Origin: Haliotis cracherodii | Lineage: Eukaryota | Assembly: GCF_022045235.1 (NCBI RefSeq) | Contig: NW_027266319.1 | Coordinates: forward strand, 22,444,001 to 22,508,000 | Length of the DNA stretch: 64,000 nucleotides | Reading direction: 5' to 3' | Part shown: positions 28,528 through 41,500 of the stretch, in pieces | Position numbering within the stretch: the stretch's first letter is position 1 | How the letters are laid out: each line of letters begins with the position of its first letter | Program-made: the position numbers and the translations under genes | The notes under the pieces: generated by a model | Database searches by the model: none | What the model was told of the DNA's origin: nothing | Seen by the model: the letters and a program-made list of their open reading frames with translations, nothing else

Positions 28528-28846
28528 TCGTATTCTACGTAATAAGCGCCCCGCTCTAATAAGCGCCCACGGCGATATTTGCTAATATATTGGCACGTTA
28601 GCAATCCCAATTGGCGCCCTTTCCGATTGATCAAGGTAAACAAGGCTTATTCATTCGTGTATAATACGCACTCATGTGTTATATGCACCATTAATATGGG
28701 CAATTAAATTCTGGAAAATATATATCTGCCGTACATAAACATTTTTCAGGCTGTCAGCATAAACCATGAAATTTATCTTTCAACTCCAAGAACCCCCAAT
28801 TTCTCATTTTGAGAGCGCCCTAGGCGCTTATAACGTCGAATAAGAT
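28528..28846. mobile_element. MITE; inverted sister copy at 57887-58255
   Basis: Termini cgtattc.acgtaataagcgcc and ggcgcttat.acgtcgaata. Confidence 0.8.
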
Positions 28847-29216
28847 ACATATCAGAAGGAATGCGTGCATGGTCAGAAAGAAATGGGAACATTAGTGACT
28901 TGTAGTGTGACCATAGAGTTTTAGATAAGTTTTGTCATTAAACAATCTATGATGTGACTAACCAGGGTAGTCCTGTGGGTACTTAAAACTTAAATGAAAA
29001 TAATCTAAGCAACAAGCAGTGACAGAATATTGACAAACAGATTGTTTTCAACATTCCAGTAATTGATTGGACTGCTGTCACAGCTGTATCGGGAGTGATG
29101 GGGGTAACAGACACGTCAGTTATACCAGGTATCACAGTAACTAAAGGGAGACAACTTTCAATGACAACTTTCTCAGTTACTACCAAATCAGAAGGACTTC
29201 TTTGAGAGTCATTTAG

Positions 29217-29640
29217 AGTGATTGAGTATGGTTTTACGCTGCTTTTAGCAATATTCCAGCAATATCATGGTGGGGGACACCAGAAATGGGCTTCACACAT
29301 TGTACCCATGTCGGGAATCGAACCCAGGTCTTCGGTGTGACAAGCTAATGCTTTAACCACTAGGCTACCCGACCGCCCCGCGATTTTCTGTGCAGAGTTG
29401 CGTCGCTTGGGCACGCCAGAAACCTATGATTGTGGGTTCGAATCCCGGTTCGCCCCAAATTGGGTTTCTAGGTTTGTCAGCACCATACCCGTGCTGGTGG
29501 GTTTCACCGAAGTGATAAACGTCTGAGACCTGCATCACTTCGGGCTTTCCTCCCACATTAAGTTGACACGCCGTGATATAACTGGAATAATGTTAAAAGC
29601 TCACTCATCCTTACTGAAAACAGAAGCAGTGAGTTCTCAC
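29217..29640. mobile_element. Head-to-head fusion of SINE A (-, 29217-29379) and a 5'-truncated SINE B (+, 29380-~29610)
   Basis: Junction cccgaccgcccc|gcgattttctgtgcagag. Confidence 0.88.
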
Positions 29641-29732
29641 CTTGTATGAGTGAAGGATATTAAGGGTGAAGGTCGACTTGGCAGCTTCTAGATCATTGTC
29701 AGTGGTCCAGTTGGAAGGAATTGCCTTCACCG
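29641..29732 (-). CDS. TIMP: TIMP coding exon 2: (A)VKAIPSNWTTDNDLEAAKSTFTLNILHSYK
   Basis: Boundaries tttcag|CG and AAG|gtgaga; phase 1-0; corresponds to TIMP strands A-B. Confidence 0.85.
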
Positions 29733-30379
29733 CTGAAACAATATAGCCAGGCTTTAAATCTCACTATATCCTACTCAGGAAAATGAAGAGTTTTTGGGCT
29801 CCTTTTGTATAATATTTTTATTAAGATAAGTTAGCAACTTTCTTTTCTGTAAGATATGTTTATTTCAGAGACTAGGTGTAAGTCTACCCACTATGTTGCC
29901 CACTATATACTATTGTCAATATGGGATAAGACATGGCCCTGATCTCTCATGCTTGTTATTAGGGTACTTATTACCGCAATGGATGTTTGATGGTCTGTTT
30001 GATGGAGTATTTAATTTTTTAAAGTTTTTTTTAAAATCAAATTGATTAAGAACACAAAATGTCTTGTTTGAAAGGCATTACTTAGAAGTTGACAGATGCC
30101 AAAGTAGACACAATTTATGAAAAAATACTTCTTTCATACTGTAAAGGCGACATTTCGGTATAGATCCTTTTACCGTTGTCAAGCATGACTAAATGAGGTA
30201 CACAGTACAGAATATATACCAGTATAGTAGGTGAAGGATTAACAGTAGAGGATTAACAGTAACAACAATAGCATACATGAGTGGGTAATGACAACAGAAG
30301 GATAATACTGTATAGTATAATACTATAATACAGGGGTATGCAGGGCAGCACACTATGCAGAGTAGTTCCTATTCCTTAC

Positions 30380-30497
30380 CAAAGTCGGCTTGACAGTAGA
30401 ACTCCCTAAGAGATAGGAATTCGCACATGCATCCTTCAGTTTCCATGACAACTGACAGCATTGCCATCACGAACAATACAGCTGGTGAAAACTCCAT
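30380..30497 (-). CDS. TIMP: TIMP coding exon 1: MEFSPAVLFVMAMLSVVMETEG|CMCEFLSLREFYCQADF (signal peptide + C-x-C N-terminus)
   Basis: Acceptor ttttcag 5 nt before the ATG, G|gtaagg donor; hydrophobic signal peptide, then Cys1, Cys3 and Cys13 spacing identical to TIMPs. Confidence 0.92.
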
Positions 30498-30694
30498 TTT
30501 TGCTGAAAATAGAGGACAAAAAATACACAAACTTATCACAAAATTCCCACACTCATTTAAGAATAATATAGAAAAACACTCACTCACTCACTCACTCACT
30601 CACTCACTCACTCCTATCATGACAAGGAGCATTATGGATACAACTAATTTATTACACAGACATAATGTTTCAGGGCTGCCTCTTGCCTCTTCAT

Positions 30695-32283
30695 CAGATA
30701 ATTAGATACATGTAAGTGAAGCCAGTGATAATGAGATACATGTAAGTGAAGCCAATGATAATGAGATACATGTTAGTGAAGCCAGTGATAATGAGATACA
30801 TGTAAGTGAAGCCAGTGATAATTAGATACATGTAAGTGAAGCCAGTGATAATTAGATACATGTAAGTGAAGCCAATGATAATCAGATACATGTAAGTGAA
30901 GCCAGTGATAATTAGATACATGTAAGTGAAGCCAGTGATAATTAGATACATGTAAGTGAAGCCAGTGATAATCAGATACATGTAAGTGAAGCCAGTGATA
31001 ATTAGATACATGTAAGTGAAGCCAGTGATAATTAGATACATGTAAGTGAAGCCAATGATAATCAGATACATGTAAGTGAAGCCAGTGATAATTAGATACA
31101 TGTAAGTGAAGCCAGTGATAATTAGATACATGTAAGTGAAGCCAGTGATAATCAGATACATGTAAGTGAAGCCAGTGATAATTAGATACATGTAAGTGAA
31201 GCCAATGATAATGAGATACATGTAAGTGAAGCCAGTGATAATTAGATACATGTAAGTGAAGCCAGTGATAATTAGATACATGTAAGTGAAGCCAGTGATA
31301 ATTAGATACATGTAAGTGAAGCCAGTGATAATGAGATACATGTAAGTGAAGCCAGTGATAATTAGATACATGTAAGTGAAGCCAATGATAATGAGATACA
31401 TGTAAGTGAAGCCAGTGATAATTAGATACATGTAAGTGAAGCCAGTGATAATCAGATACATGTAAGTGAAGCCAGTGATAATGAGATACATGTAAGTGAA
31501 GCCAGTGATAATGAGATACATGTAAGTGAAGCCAGTGATAATGAGATACATGTAAGTGAAGCCAGTGATAATGAGATACATGTAAGTGAAGCCAGTGATA
31601 ATGAGATACATGTAAGTGAAGCCAGTGATAATGAGATACATGTAAGTGAAGCCAGTGATAATGAGATACATGTAAGTAAAGCCAATGATAATGAGATACA
31701 TGTAAGTGAAGCCAATGATAATGAGATACATGTAAGTAAAGCCAGTGATAATGAGATACATGTAAGTGAAGCCAGTGATAATGAGATACATGTAAGTGAA
31801 GCCAGTGATAATGAGATACATGTAAGTGAAGCCAGTGATAATGAGATACATGTAAGTGAAGCCAGTGATAATGAGATACATGTAAGTGAAGCCAGTGATA
31901 ATCAGATACATTTAAGTGAAGCCAGTGATAATGAGATACATGTAAGTGAAGCCAGTGATAATGAGATACATGTAAGTGAAGCCAGTGATAATGAGATACA
32001 TGTAAGTGAAGCCAGTGATAATCAGATACATGTAAGTGAAGCCAGTGATAATTAGATAATGTAAGTGAAGCCAGTGATAATTAGATACATGTTAGTGAAG
32101 CCAGTGATAATGAGATACATGTAAGTGAAGCCAGTGATAATTAGATACATGTAAGTGAAGCCAGTGATAATCAGATACATGTAAGTGAAGCCAGTGATAA
32201 TTAGATACATGTAAGTGAAGCCAATGATAATCAGATACATGTAAGTGAAGCCAGTGATAATTAGATAATGTAAGTGAAGCCAG
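30695..32283. repeat. Highly homogeneous 30-bp minisatellite, about 53 copies, in TIMP intron 1
   Basis: Unit gccagtgataat(t/g/c)agatacatgtaagtgaa. Confidence 0.98.
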
Positions 32284-32680
32284 TAGCAACGTTAATGCTG
32301 ACAGATTAATATGTCATGTGTTCATATGTATGTCCATCTCATTCCAAGGGGTGATTAAGAGGTTTTGATATCTATGAATGAATTTTTTTTTTAACCAATA
32401 CCATTGTAAATAACTTCCTAACTGTACGCATGATAGCCTGGAAGCTTTCGCGATACACAATATCAATTAATGAAAACAACAACAACATGATTACAGTAGG
32501 GAAGCAAGTATGGAGGTATAGAAGGGACAATTCCCATCTAAACATTTTTATTGCAGGAAAAGCCACACGGCTAGAAAATACATCAACCAAGACTAATTAT
32601 CTAAAACAGAAATCACACAAAAAAAGTTTACAACCCAAGACTGAATGTTCAACATTAGCTTTCAGTAAAGGATATGTTAT

Positions 32681-33030
32681 ACCATATTTTCTTGAGTAAA
32701 GTGCGCACTTTTTTCCAACAGAAATACCATGTCAACAAATCCGTACGCAATGTAATCTTGTAATTACACTGTTTGGTTATAAAACGTGTTCATTGTACAT
32801 CTGGACTTTGTTTATAACTTATTTCATTAATTTAATTTAAAATTCCATTTAATATTGTTTTTATTAATTTCGTCAAAATCGGGTGTGAAGCGGTCAGATT
32901 ACCACTAATGGCGCCTTGAAACGAACTTTAGTTGACAGAGAATGGATACATATATCATGATAGCCATACTTTGACTCATCAAAAGTCATATTTGTTGTAG
33001 TTTGAGGATTCTATATCAACATGTAGTTCT
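32681..33030 (-). mobile_element. One-ended MITE fragment related to 18811-19847
   Basis: ta|ccatattttcttgagta end; internal sequence is the reverse complement of about 19340-19847. Confidence 0.75.
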
Positions 33031-33079
33031 CGGTAATTTCAAGGAAGTAAATGGACATGGTTAGACTTATCCTACATAC

Positions 33080-33115
33080 CTTCTGTTGAGTGAGTGTCCT
33101 GGTTCCACTACTAAC
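33080..33115 (-). other. TIMP: Putative non-coding first exon of TIMP
   Basis: Starts about 25-30 nt downstream of a TATAAATA and ends at a strong donor AAG|gtatgt; the ATG exon is preceded by an acceptor, so an upstream exon is required. Confidence 0.65.
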
Positions 33116-33134
33116 TCATGAAATCATGTCTCCG

Positions 33135-33260
33135 TATTTATAAACCTGGCATAGATGGCAGCACTTCCTGGGTCACACTGCCGCCCACCTTCCCTGCCTT
33201 TCCATTGTGTACATCACATATTTGCGTATGTGGTATTTGAGTGGGGGATGTGATTGGCTG
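33135..33260 (-). promoter_or_regulatory. Putative TIMP core/proximal promoter
   Basis: On the - strand: CCAAT (33253-33257), GGGCGG (33181-33186), ETS-type CAGGAAGT (33163-33170), TATAAATA (33135-33142), in canonical order. Confidence 0.65.
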
Positions 33261-33498
33261 TGAAGTCTCGGAAATGTCTAAGTGCATATAAGGAGGGTTC
33301 AGAGGAAGGGGGCGATGTACTTTAGCAATAACTCTTACATTTATGAAATGTCTAAAAATGATAATAAAGATGATGATGAAATTTTTATTAAACAAATATT
33401 TTTAATAGCACTTGGTATATAGGTAATATGAATCTATAACTTTTATTTCGAGCTGTGATTTAAATCAGGACAGAGATTTGATGTCTTCCATGGATTCA

Positions 33499-33667
33499 GG
33501 GGCGGTCGGGTAGCCTAGTGGTTAAAGCGTTCGCTCGTCACGCCGAAGACCCGGGTTCGATTCCCGACATGGGTACCATGTGTGAAGCCCATTACTGGTG
33601 TCCCCCGCTGTGATATTGCTGGAATATTGCTAAAAGCGGCGTAAAACCAAACTCACTCACTCACTCA
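33499..33667 (+). mobile_element. SINE family A
   Basis: Consensus match; TSD cttccatggattc. Confidence 0.92.
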
Positions 33668-34739
33668 CTTCCATGGATTCTCAAATTTTCTGGCAGTCAT
33701 CACCTCAAAAGATTCATAGCCAATTCCTTTTCAGTTTCCACTTGGAGATATCCAACAGGATCTGAAGAATCTCTTGAGAAAAGAAAGAATTCAGACAGGT
33801 TTTACTTCATGTTTTATGAATAAGTCTATATGAAATTACAAATAAACATGATGTTTTTAATAAATAAAGTAGATAATACACTGTAATAAAAAAATATAAG
33901 AGGTTCATCAGACGTCTGTTCACAATAATTCTGTTTTCATTCTCAAATAAAGTAAGCTTCTATTCAAAAGGTATTTTCAAGGTAACATTTTGATTTTAAT
34001 GTAAATCGACTCTGATGAGCAGTCAAAACACAAGTTCAGCTCACCTTGCTTAATCTAGGAAGATAGCTTATTTCATGGCAAGATATCTGTCATCTGTAGT
34101 CATAACACATTTTCCATGTCTTCTTTAGAACTACCAGATTATTTTGAGTTTGAATTTTTTGTAGGTGTTCCCTACCCACAAGTGGTAATGTTTGCTCCAG
34201 ACATTCCTTCTTGCCATTATGTTGGGCTATCTTTTCCGTATAATTGGCATATCGGGTCACGAAGTCAAGAAAAAGAAGAAAAAATCGTCTGGCATCATCT
34301 GTTATTTGTGTGATTTCAGTTTACCTTAAGGCCAGACAAAAACAAGTGTTTTCAAAAGAGCCTACCTATTATATTGCATTTGCAAGAAATTGTTATAGAA
34401 AAAGCTGTTTTGGGTGGATATTTGGTGTTTATTGACATATTTTCGTTTATTATTTCAGGGTTTTTTAAAAGGAATTTTACATGTATTCAACTAAGACAAT
34501 ATTTTTATTATTTTTATTTTGCAAACTTATTTTGCAAAGTAATTTATATATTTACATCATCAACTGATCTATGATTTTAATTAGATCTGCTGTAAATCTC
34601 GTACCACATTGTAGAGCCACTGAGTGAATGCGGACGGACATCACATGGCATCAGGTCAAGTGACATGATGTGCCTGGTGGTGTTGCTGTATTTCACGTCA
34701 AGACTGACAACAGCAGTTTCCTGGCCATTGTTTTGTCTG

Positions 34740-35412
34740 TCATGATAGGATGGGGGTATTAACATCATAAGTCTGTGATAATAGGAAGGAGTAATCAACC
34801 TCGTAAGTCTGTGATGATGAGTTGTAGTATTTAACATTGTAAGTCTGTGATGATGAGATGGGGTTAAGAACATTGTAAGTCTGTGATGAGGAGATGGAGT
34901 TAAAAACATTGTAAGTCTGAGATGATGAGATGGAGTTAAAAACATAAGTCTGTGATAATGAGATGGGGTTAAAAACATTGTAAGTCTGTGATGATGAGAT
35001 GGGGTTAAAAACATTGTAAGTCTGTGATGAAGAGTTGTAGTATTTAACATTGTAAGTCTGTGATGATAGGAAGGAGTAATCAACATCGTAAGTCTGTGAT
35101 GATGAGATAGAGTTATGAACATTGTAAGTCTGTGATGATGAGTTGTAGTATTTAACATCGTAAGTCTTTTGATGATGAGATGGAGTTATGAACATTGTAA
35201 GTCTGTGATGATGAGTTGTAGTATTTAACATCGTAAGTCTGTGATGATAGGAAGGAGTAATCAACATCGTAAGTCTGTGATGATGAGATGGAGTTATGAA
35301 CATTGTAAATCTGTGATGATGAGTTGTAGTAATCAACATTGTAAGTCTGTGATGATGAGATGGAGTAATCAACATTGTAAGTCTGTGAGGATGAGATGGA
35401 GTTATAAACATT
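34740..35412. repeat. 39-bp minisatellite, about 17 copies
   Basis: Unit approximately aacattgtaagtctgtgatgatgagatggagtta.. Confidence 0.92.
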
Positions 35413-36703
35413 CTAAGGCTTGGGAGAAAAATTTCTAAACCTTTATGAATATTTGTACCATAGATATTTCAGTATACAGTTAAAAAGGGTTTATGTAATA
35501 TATATTACAGATTAACCTGTAATCTAAGCACAACTAAAGATCTATCCATTGCATGACCGCTATTTGATCACGTTATTATTATATCCTGATACATTACCAT
35601 GGACAGTGCATGTTATGCTTAACTCCCTAGGATGGTAAAAGTATTAAATGCTTAGACTTTTTCTAACATTGCTTTTAGCAGCACTAACTTTTTGTCCAGA
35701 TAACATATGTTGCCAGTTTACTATCTGACAGACTAATACAGCAGCCATGCGAATACCTGCTCATTCTCATTCTAATCATACAGCTTTCAGAGTCAGAAAG
35801 TTTGATATTTTATGAGTGCTTCCAGCATAGCTGAACTTTGCACTCAAAACTTGTTTGAAGATATTTTTGCCTTTCAAAGAAGCACTAGGTCGGGGTCAGT
35901 TTGCAGAAATATCATCATTCAAGTAATTCACACACCAGTTTCTTGTGTGATTTCTAAAATTTGACTAAATGATTTATTCAGTGTCTCAGTTTCACTCATA
36001 ACAATATCTGGAGCATGACTGGCAAATGGTTCCAGATCTAGGCCTAGGCAAGCAATTACCATGGCCTGTTCTAGTACAAGCAGTATGACAGAACACAATT
36101 TATTATTAGAAACAATATCAAAGGTCAACCTAACCATCAATCTTTATAAAAAAAATTTCATGGGGGCGTAAAAGGCAAAAAAGTGCTGAAAATGAAATGA
36201 CAGGGTCATTTAAAGATAGTGATGTAATACAGGTGTTTGGTATAATGGTAAGCATGTCCTGCTCTACCAGCAGAACCCACCACTCACACAATGTGCATAA
36301 GAATGTTAGTGTTTGTTCCTCGCCTGACACTGCACAGGTGAACTCCTGCAGTATGACAGTGGACTGTAAATTATCAAGTTTTGACCAGACAATAGTGATG
36401 GACCAGACGACCACTGACACAATAGCATGTTTACTAATTTAGGTAAAAATATTAAAAAAACAATGTTAATTATGAATTGTGTCTTCTGCTTACAATTAAA
36501 AAGAAACACATAAGACACATGCTTTTGGTGGAAGTTGTGGAAGACTATCAAGTCTGTCAAATAATCTGTCAATAACATCATCAGTGATTAAAAATGAGAA
36601 ACATGTTTCACCGAAAACAAATTCTCCTTGAAACCTAGTAGGAACATTACTTAAATTGTTTCACATCAACAGAAACCAATGTGTTGGGGAGTACATCTGT
36701 GTA

Positions 36704-37241
36704 CTGTCAATCTTGAAATTAACGCGAGCGTGAATTAAATGCGAAAAATGCGAGTGGTCTTTGCCCGCAATATTGAACATCGCATATATATCAACAGTAA
36801 GACATTTTGGATAGCACAAATACCAACTTAGACATACGCTGAAAACAAAACTATGTATTCCACATCACTGTTTATTCAGCAGCACTTGTAACAAGTATAT
36901 AAACAATGTCATTCAAACACTAATTACATCCTGGGAATTGTCACTGCTGGGTTGAAGATAAGCGTTCTACTCACGTATGTCATCACTGATCACACCTGCA
37001 AGTCTAGACAGACAGTACTCTACTCAGCGCTAATAAGCGGTGCTATCAGGTGTGTGATTGGATTAATGTAAGGTTGGATTAAGGTGAGGATTCTCCTGTA
37101 AACCTGACAGGACATTTTCTTTAGATATTAATCCACTGATGCTTGAGAGGAGGGGGATGTTGCATTCATATTGAGTCGCATTTTTGGCTAGGGGCCAGCG
37201 GTCGCATTCTTTTGGAGACGCATTAATTTTACGTTTTACAG
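36704..37241. mobile_element. Probable degenerate TA-flanked MITE
   Basis: Imperfect TIRs ta|ctgtcaatcttgaaattaacgcg and cgcattaattttacgttttacag|ta. Confidence 0.55.
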
Positions 37242-37930
37242 TATATGAGCAGTGGAGTGTGGGGGGATGAACCCACCCAAGGCATTACCACACACACAGC
37301 CTAGAGACAGATGGAGGGAGAGAAAGCAGGGAGTGTCTTGGGTGTTCTTCTCAAATATCAGTGTAGCAGTAAAATGGGCTCAAGTCTGTACTGTGTTTGA
37401 ATCAGTTTGTAGAATACCAAACATATTCAGATGAAAATTATGTGTACCAAAACTGTTGAAAGTATATATGCTTTACTGATATGTATTTGTGGATAATTCT
37501 AAATCGAACTAAGGGACTGGTAATTCATTATGGGGGGTTGGGGGTTGAGACTAGTCATGGGACTGTATCATACTTTGCCGATCTCCTCCCCTTTCTATGT
37601 AACATTCTTTCATGCCAATACACGTAACATGTTTCCGTGACCCTATAAGATATGACCAGTCTCTAAAAATGTTATTTGAAAAAAAAAGAATTGTGTCATT
37701 TTTCATCCTCCTGCCCTCCCACGAAAGGAACCCTTATAAATAATTAACACTCTTTCACTGTGTTATTTTTTTTCATGACACCCCCCTACCCCCAATTCCT
37801 TCACTGAAGCCAAGGTGGACATTATTGTCTGTTAACATTTACACTACTGTAAATAAGACTATCTGAAATCACATTCCAAAACATGTGTTTGACATTGAGT
37901 CATTAATGTTACTTCTTTCCTCAATATCAA

Positions 37931-38180
37931 AGGGACATGGGTGACCCGGTTGTCTAGGGCACCGCATTTCGCGATGCAGAGTCGTGCCCCTTTGTGCCCA
38001 CAAGAAACCTATGATTATGGGTTTGAATCCCAGTTCTCCTTGGTGATGTTTCTAGGTTTGTCAGCACCATACCTTTGCTTGTGGGTTTCACCAAAGTGGT
38101 AAACATCTGAGACCTGCATCACTTCGGGCTTTCCTCTAGCATCAAACTGACACACCATTATACCCAACACACTCATTCAC
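37931..38180 (+). mobile_element. Diverged SINE family B
   Basis: Similarity to the family B consensus. Confidence 0.8.
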
Positions 38181-38819
38181 TGTTCACTATAAAAAAAGAG
38201 AAATATAGACAAAGATAGGAAATCTTAGCCCTGAAACATTGTTACAAACAATAAAAGAGATGTTATCCATAAAAGCTTCATGTTTCATGTTCTTACAAGT
38301 TCTAAATGCCCGTCAAAGACGAGAAGCAAGGATCTTCAGACAGTATTAGTAGGAACGATATCAGCAGCCACTGCCGGAGCCAGACCTGGCACGTACACAC
38401 ATTCCACGTCACTTCACTCCTCCACTAGTGTGGGAACATGTAGTATGTAGGAACATGCATGTAGTATGTAGGGACATACATAGAGGATATACGCATATAA
38501 CTGCTGTGGCAGGAAATGACGACAACTTAGCATATCTTATTTAACATCGCAGTGTTTAGAATATCACTTATCTGTGCAGTAATATTATATTACTTAGAAT
38601 AGTGGGTACAATACAATTTATAGCATCAGGATTCTTGTCATTTTGTGACTTGCAGTAATACACCACATATATATATGACTTAAATGATTCAATATTCTAT
38701 TCAAATATTATTGTATTTGCTTTCTACTCTTGATTTTTATTGGCCATATTCTTTCAAAATAATATTGACCAAGTAAGTATTCTTGGTGCTAATGAGTAAT
38801 TTATAAGACACACACAGCA

Positions 38820-40130
38820 ATTATTGTTGATAATATACAGACATCATTGTTGATGTCATACAGACACTATTGTTGATGTCATACAGACACTATTGTTGAT
38901 GTCATAAGGATACTATTGTTGATGTAATACAGACACCATTGTTGATGTCATATAGACACCATTGTTGATGTCATACAGACAATATTGTTGCTGTAATACC
39001 TACAATATTGTTGATGTAATACAGACGATATTGTTGATGTCATACAGACACTATTGTTGATGTCACACAGACACCATTGCTGATGTCATGCAGACACTAT
39101 TGTTGATGTCACACAGACACCATTGTTGATGTCACACAGACACCATTGCTGATGTAATACAGACGATATTGTTGATGTCATACAGACACCATTGTTGATG
39201 TCATACAGAAACCATTGCTGATGTCACACAGACACCATTGCTGATGTCACACAGACACCATTGTTGATGTCATGCAGACACCATTGTTGATGTCATGCAG
39301 ACACCATTGCTGATGTTCCACAGAAACCATTGTTGATGTAATACAGACGATATTGTTGATGTCATATAGACACCATTGTTGATGTCATACAGACACCATT
39401 GCTGATGTCATGCAGACACTATTGTTGATGTCACACAGACACAATTGTTGATGTCACACAGACACCATTGCTGATGTCACACAGACACCATTGTTGATGT
39501 CACACAGACACCATTGCTGATGTCATGCAGACACCATTGTTGATGTCATACAGACACCATTGCTGATGTCCCACAGAAACCATTGCTGATGTCATGCAGA
39601 CACCATTGTTGATGTCATGCGGATGTCATTGCTGATATCATGCAGACACCATTGTTGATGTCATACAGACACTATTGTTGATGTCACACAGACACCATTG
39701 CTGATGTCATGCAGACACCATTGCTGATGTCACACAGACACCATTGCTGATGTCACACAGACACCATTGCTGATGTCACACAGACACCACTGTTGATGTC
39801 ACACAGACACCATTGCTGATGTCACACAGACACCATTGCTGATGTCATGCAGACACCATTGTTGATGTCATACAGACACCATTGCTGATGTCCCACAGAA
39901 ACCATTGTTGATGTCATGCAGATGCCATTGCTGATGTCACACAGACACCAATGTTGATGTCATGCAGACACCATTGTTGATGTCATGCAGATGCCATTGC
40001 TGATATCATGCAGGCACCATTGTTGATGTCATACAGACACTATTGTTGATGTCATACAGACACCATTGTTGATGTCATGCAGACACCATTGTTAATGTCA
40101 TGCAGATGCCACTGCTGATGTAATAAGACA
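38820..40130. repeat. 23-bp minisatellite, about 57 copies
   Basis: Unit cattg(t/c)tgatgtca(t/c)acagacac. Confidence 0.95.
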
Positions 40131-41375
40131 CAATGTGTTATGACATCACAGTAGTGTATGATGCCACATCCTATCACTGTTAACTAATTTTAAAGTCTTG
40201 ATAATGAAGACATTGTTTCATCTTACACACACAATACTATCGGTACATCATTGTTCAAAGATACTGTCACATGGGGCTTCTGGCTTGAATAACAATCCAT
40301 GCTTGTTTTAAGAGTTGACTAAACTGATCGGGCGGTCAGGCTCTTAGAGCGGAATGATTATACACCACTGCAGTCATATACAGTCGATCCCCTTTATCTC
40401 GAATCTTGCAGGACTTCAAGATATCAGGACTTTTGAGTAAACGAGACATGAGTAGCAATATTATAGATCAAAGCAATGCGATTGCATACACAAGAAATTA
40501 AGAACTTGTGTCTGTGATGACAAATTAAAATGTATTTCACGGCAATGTTTAATAACAATTCTGACAGGTTATGTACAATATACATGTACCTTTTGAGGCA
40601 TAGCAGCAATCACTATTTAATCTGTCCACTTGACAATGTATTGCAATGTGCTGAATTAAACAAGCAAACAAACAAACAAACAAACAAACATCGACGTTGC
40701 CATTGCTAAGATTGCTTCAATATGTCCTAGTTAAGATTTATCCTGTTTTGTTGAAGGAAACATCTCACCAGTGTGCATTTGTTCACAGTCTACTAAAATG
40801 ATTTGAAAACGTATTCCAGTATTCCAAAAAAGAAAATAGAAAGCACATCAAGTGTGCAAAAATAAGTTTTATGGAATACACTATTGAATAAATTTGATTA
40901 ATTTCCAAATCATGGTCATTCTATATAGTATGAATAAGTTGAACATTTTATATTTTTTATATAACAGTTAAGAAATTATGACATCTTTATAGTTATCACT
41001 GCATAGAGATTGCCCTTGTTTCTACCCAGGCTGATGCTTGGCATTAAGGGCTAAAACAAGGATTGGTTGGCTCGGAGTCGGTATACTGTGTCTGAGTGGG
41101 GTGTTCATGTTAACCTGTGGCAGGGTATCTCAGTGGACTAGCACTATAAGTCCAGACGACACTCACACAGGTGTATGCTCGTTGCAATGTAAGTGCAATA
41201 ATCTTGAATGCAGTGTTGAACCCCACTTCACCACACCCCACAGTTACCACTGAGCAGTGATAGTAGTCACTACAATATAAGATACTATAAAGGGACCTAC
41301 AGTATATGCTTATATTTACATATATTCACTGTTTCCACCTTCAATAAATGTCATTAGGGACTGACCAATTGATAT

Positions 41376-41500
41376 CTGTGTGTGTGTTGGGTGTGTGTGT
41401 GTTGGGTGTGTGTGTGTTGGGGGCGTGTGTGTTGGGGGCGTGTGTGTTGGGTGTGTGTGTGTGTTGGGGGCGTGTGTGTTTGGGGGGTGGGGGTGGGGGC
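41376..41500. repeat. (GT)n / G-run low-complexity microsatellite
   Basis: gtgtgtgttggg(gg) repeats. Confidence 0.9.

Noticed and set aside
30694-31911. 405-aa ORF of MYLIITGFTY repeats
   Set aside because: Translation of a 30-bp minisatellite inside TIMP intron 1; no non-repetitive coding context
34040-38440. Exon-like - strand segments upstream of the TIMP promoter (about 34045-34260, 34577-34737, 36288-36345, 38300-38425), checked as a second TIMP or its missing C-domain
   Set aside because: No frame gives a TIMP cysteine pattern or a consistent spliced ORF; cannot be supported without transcript data
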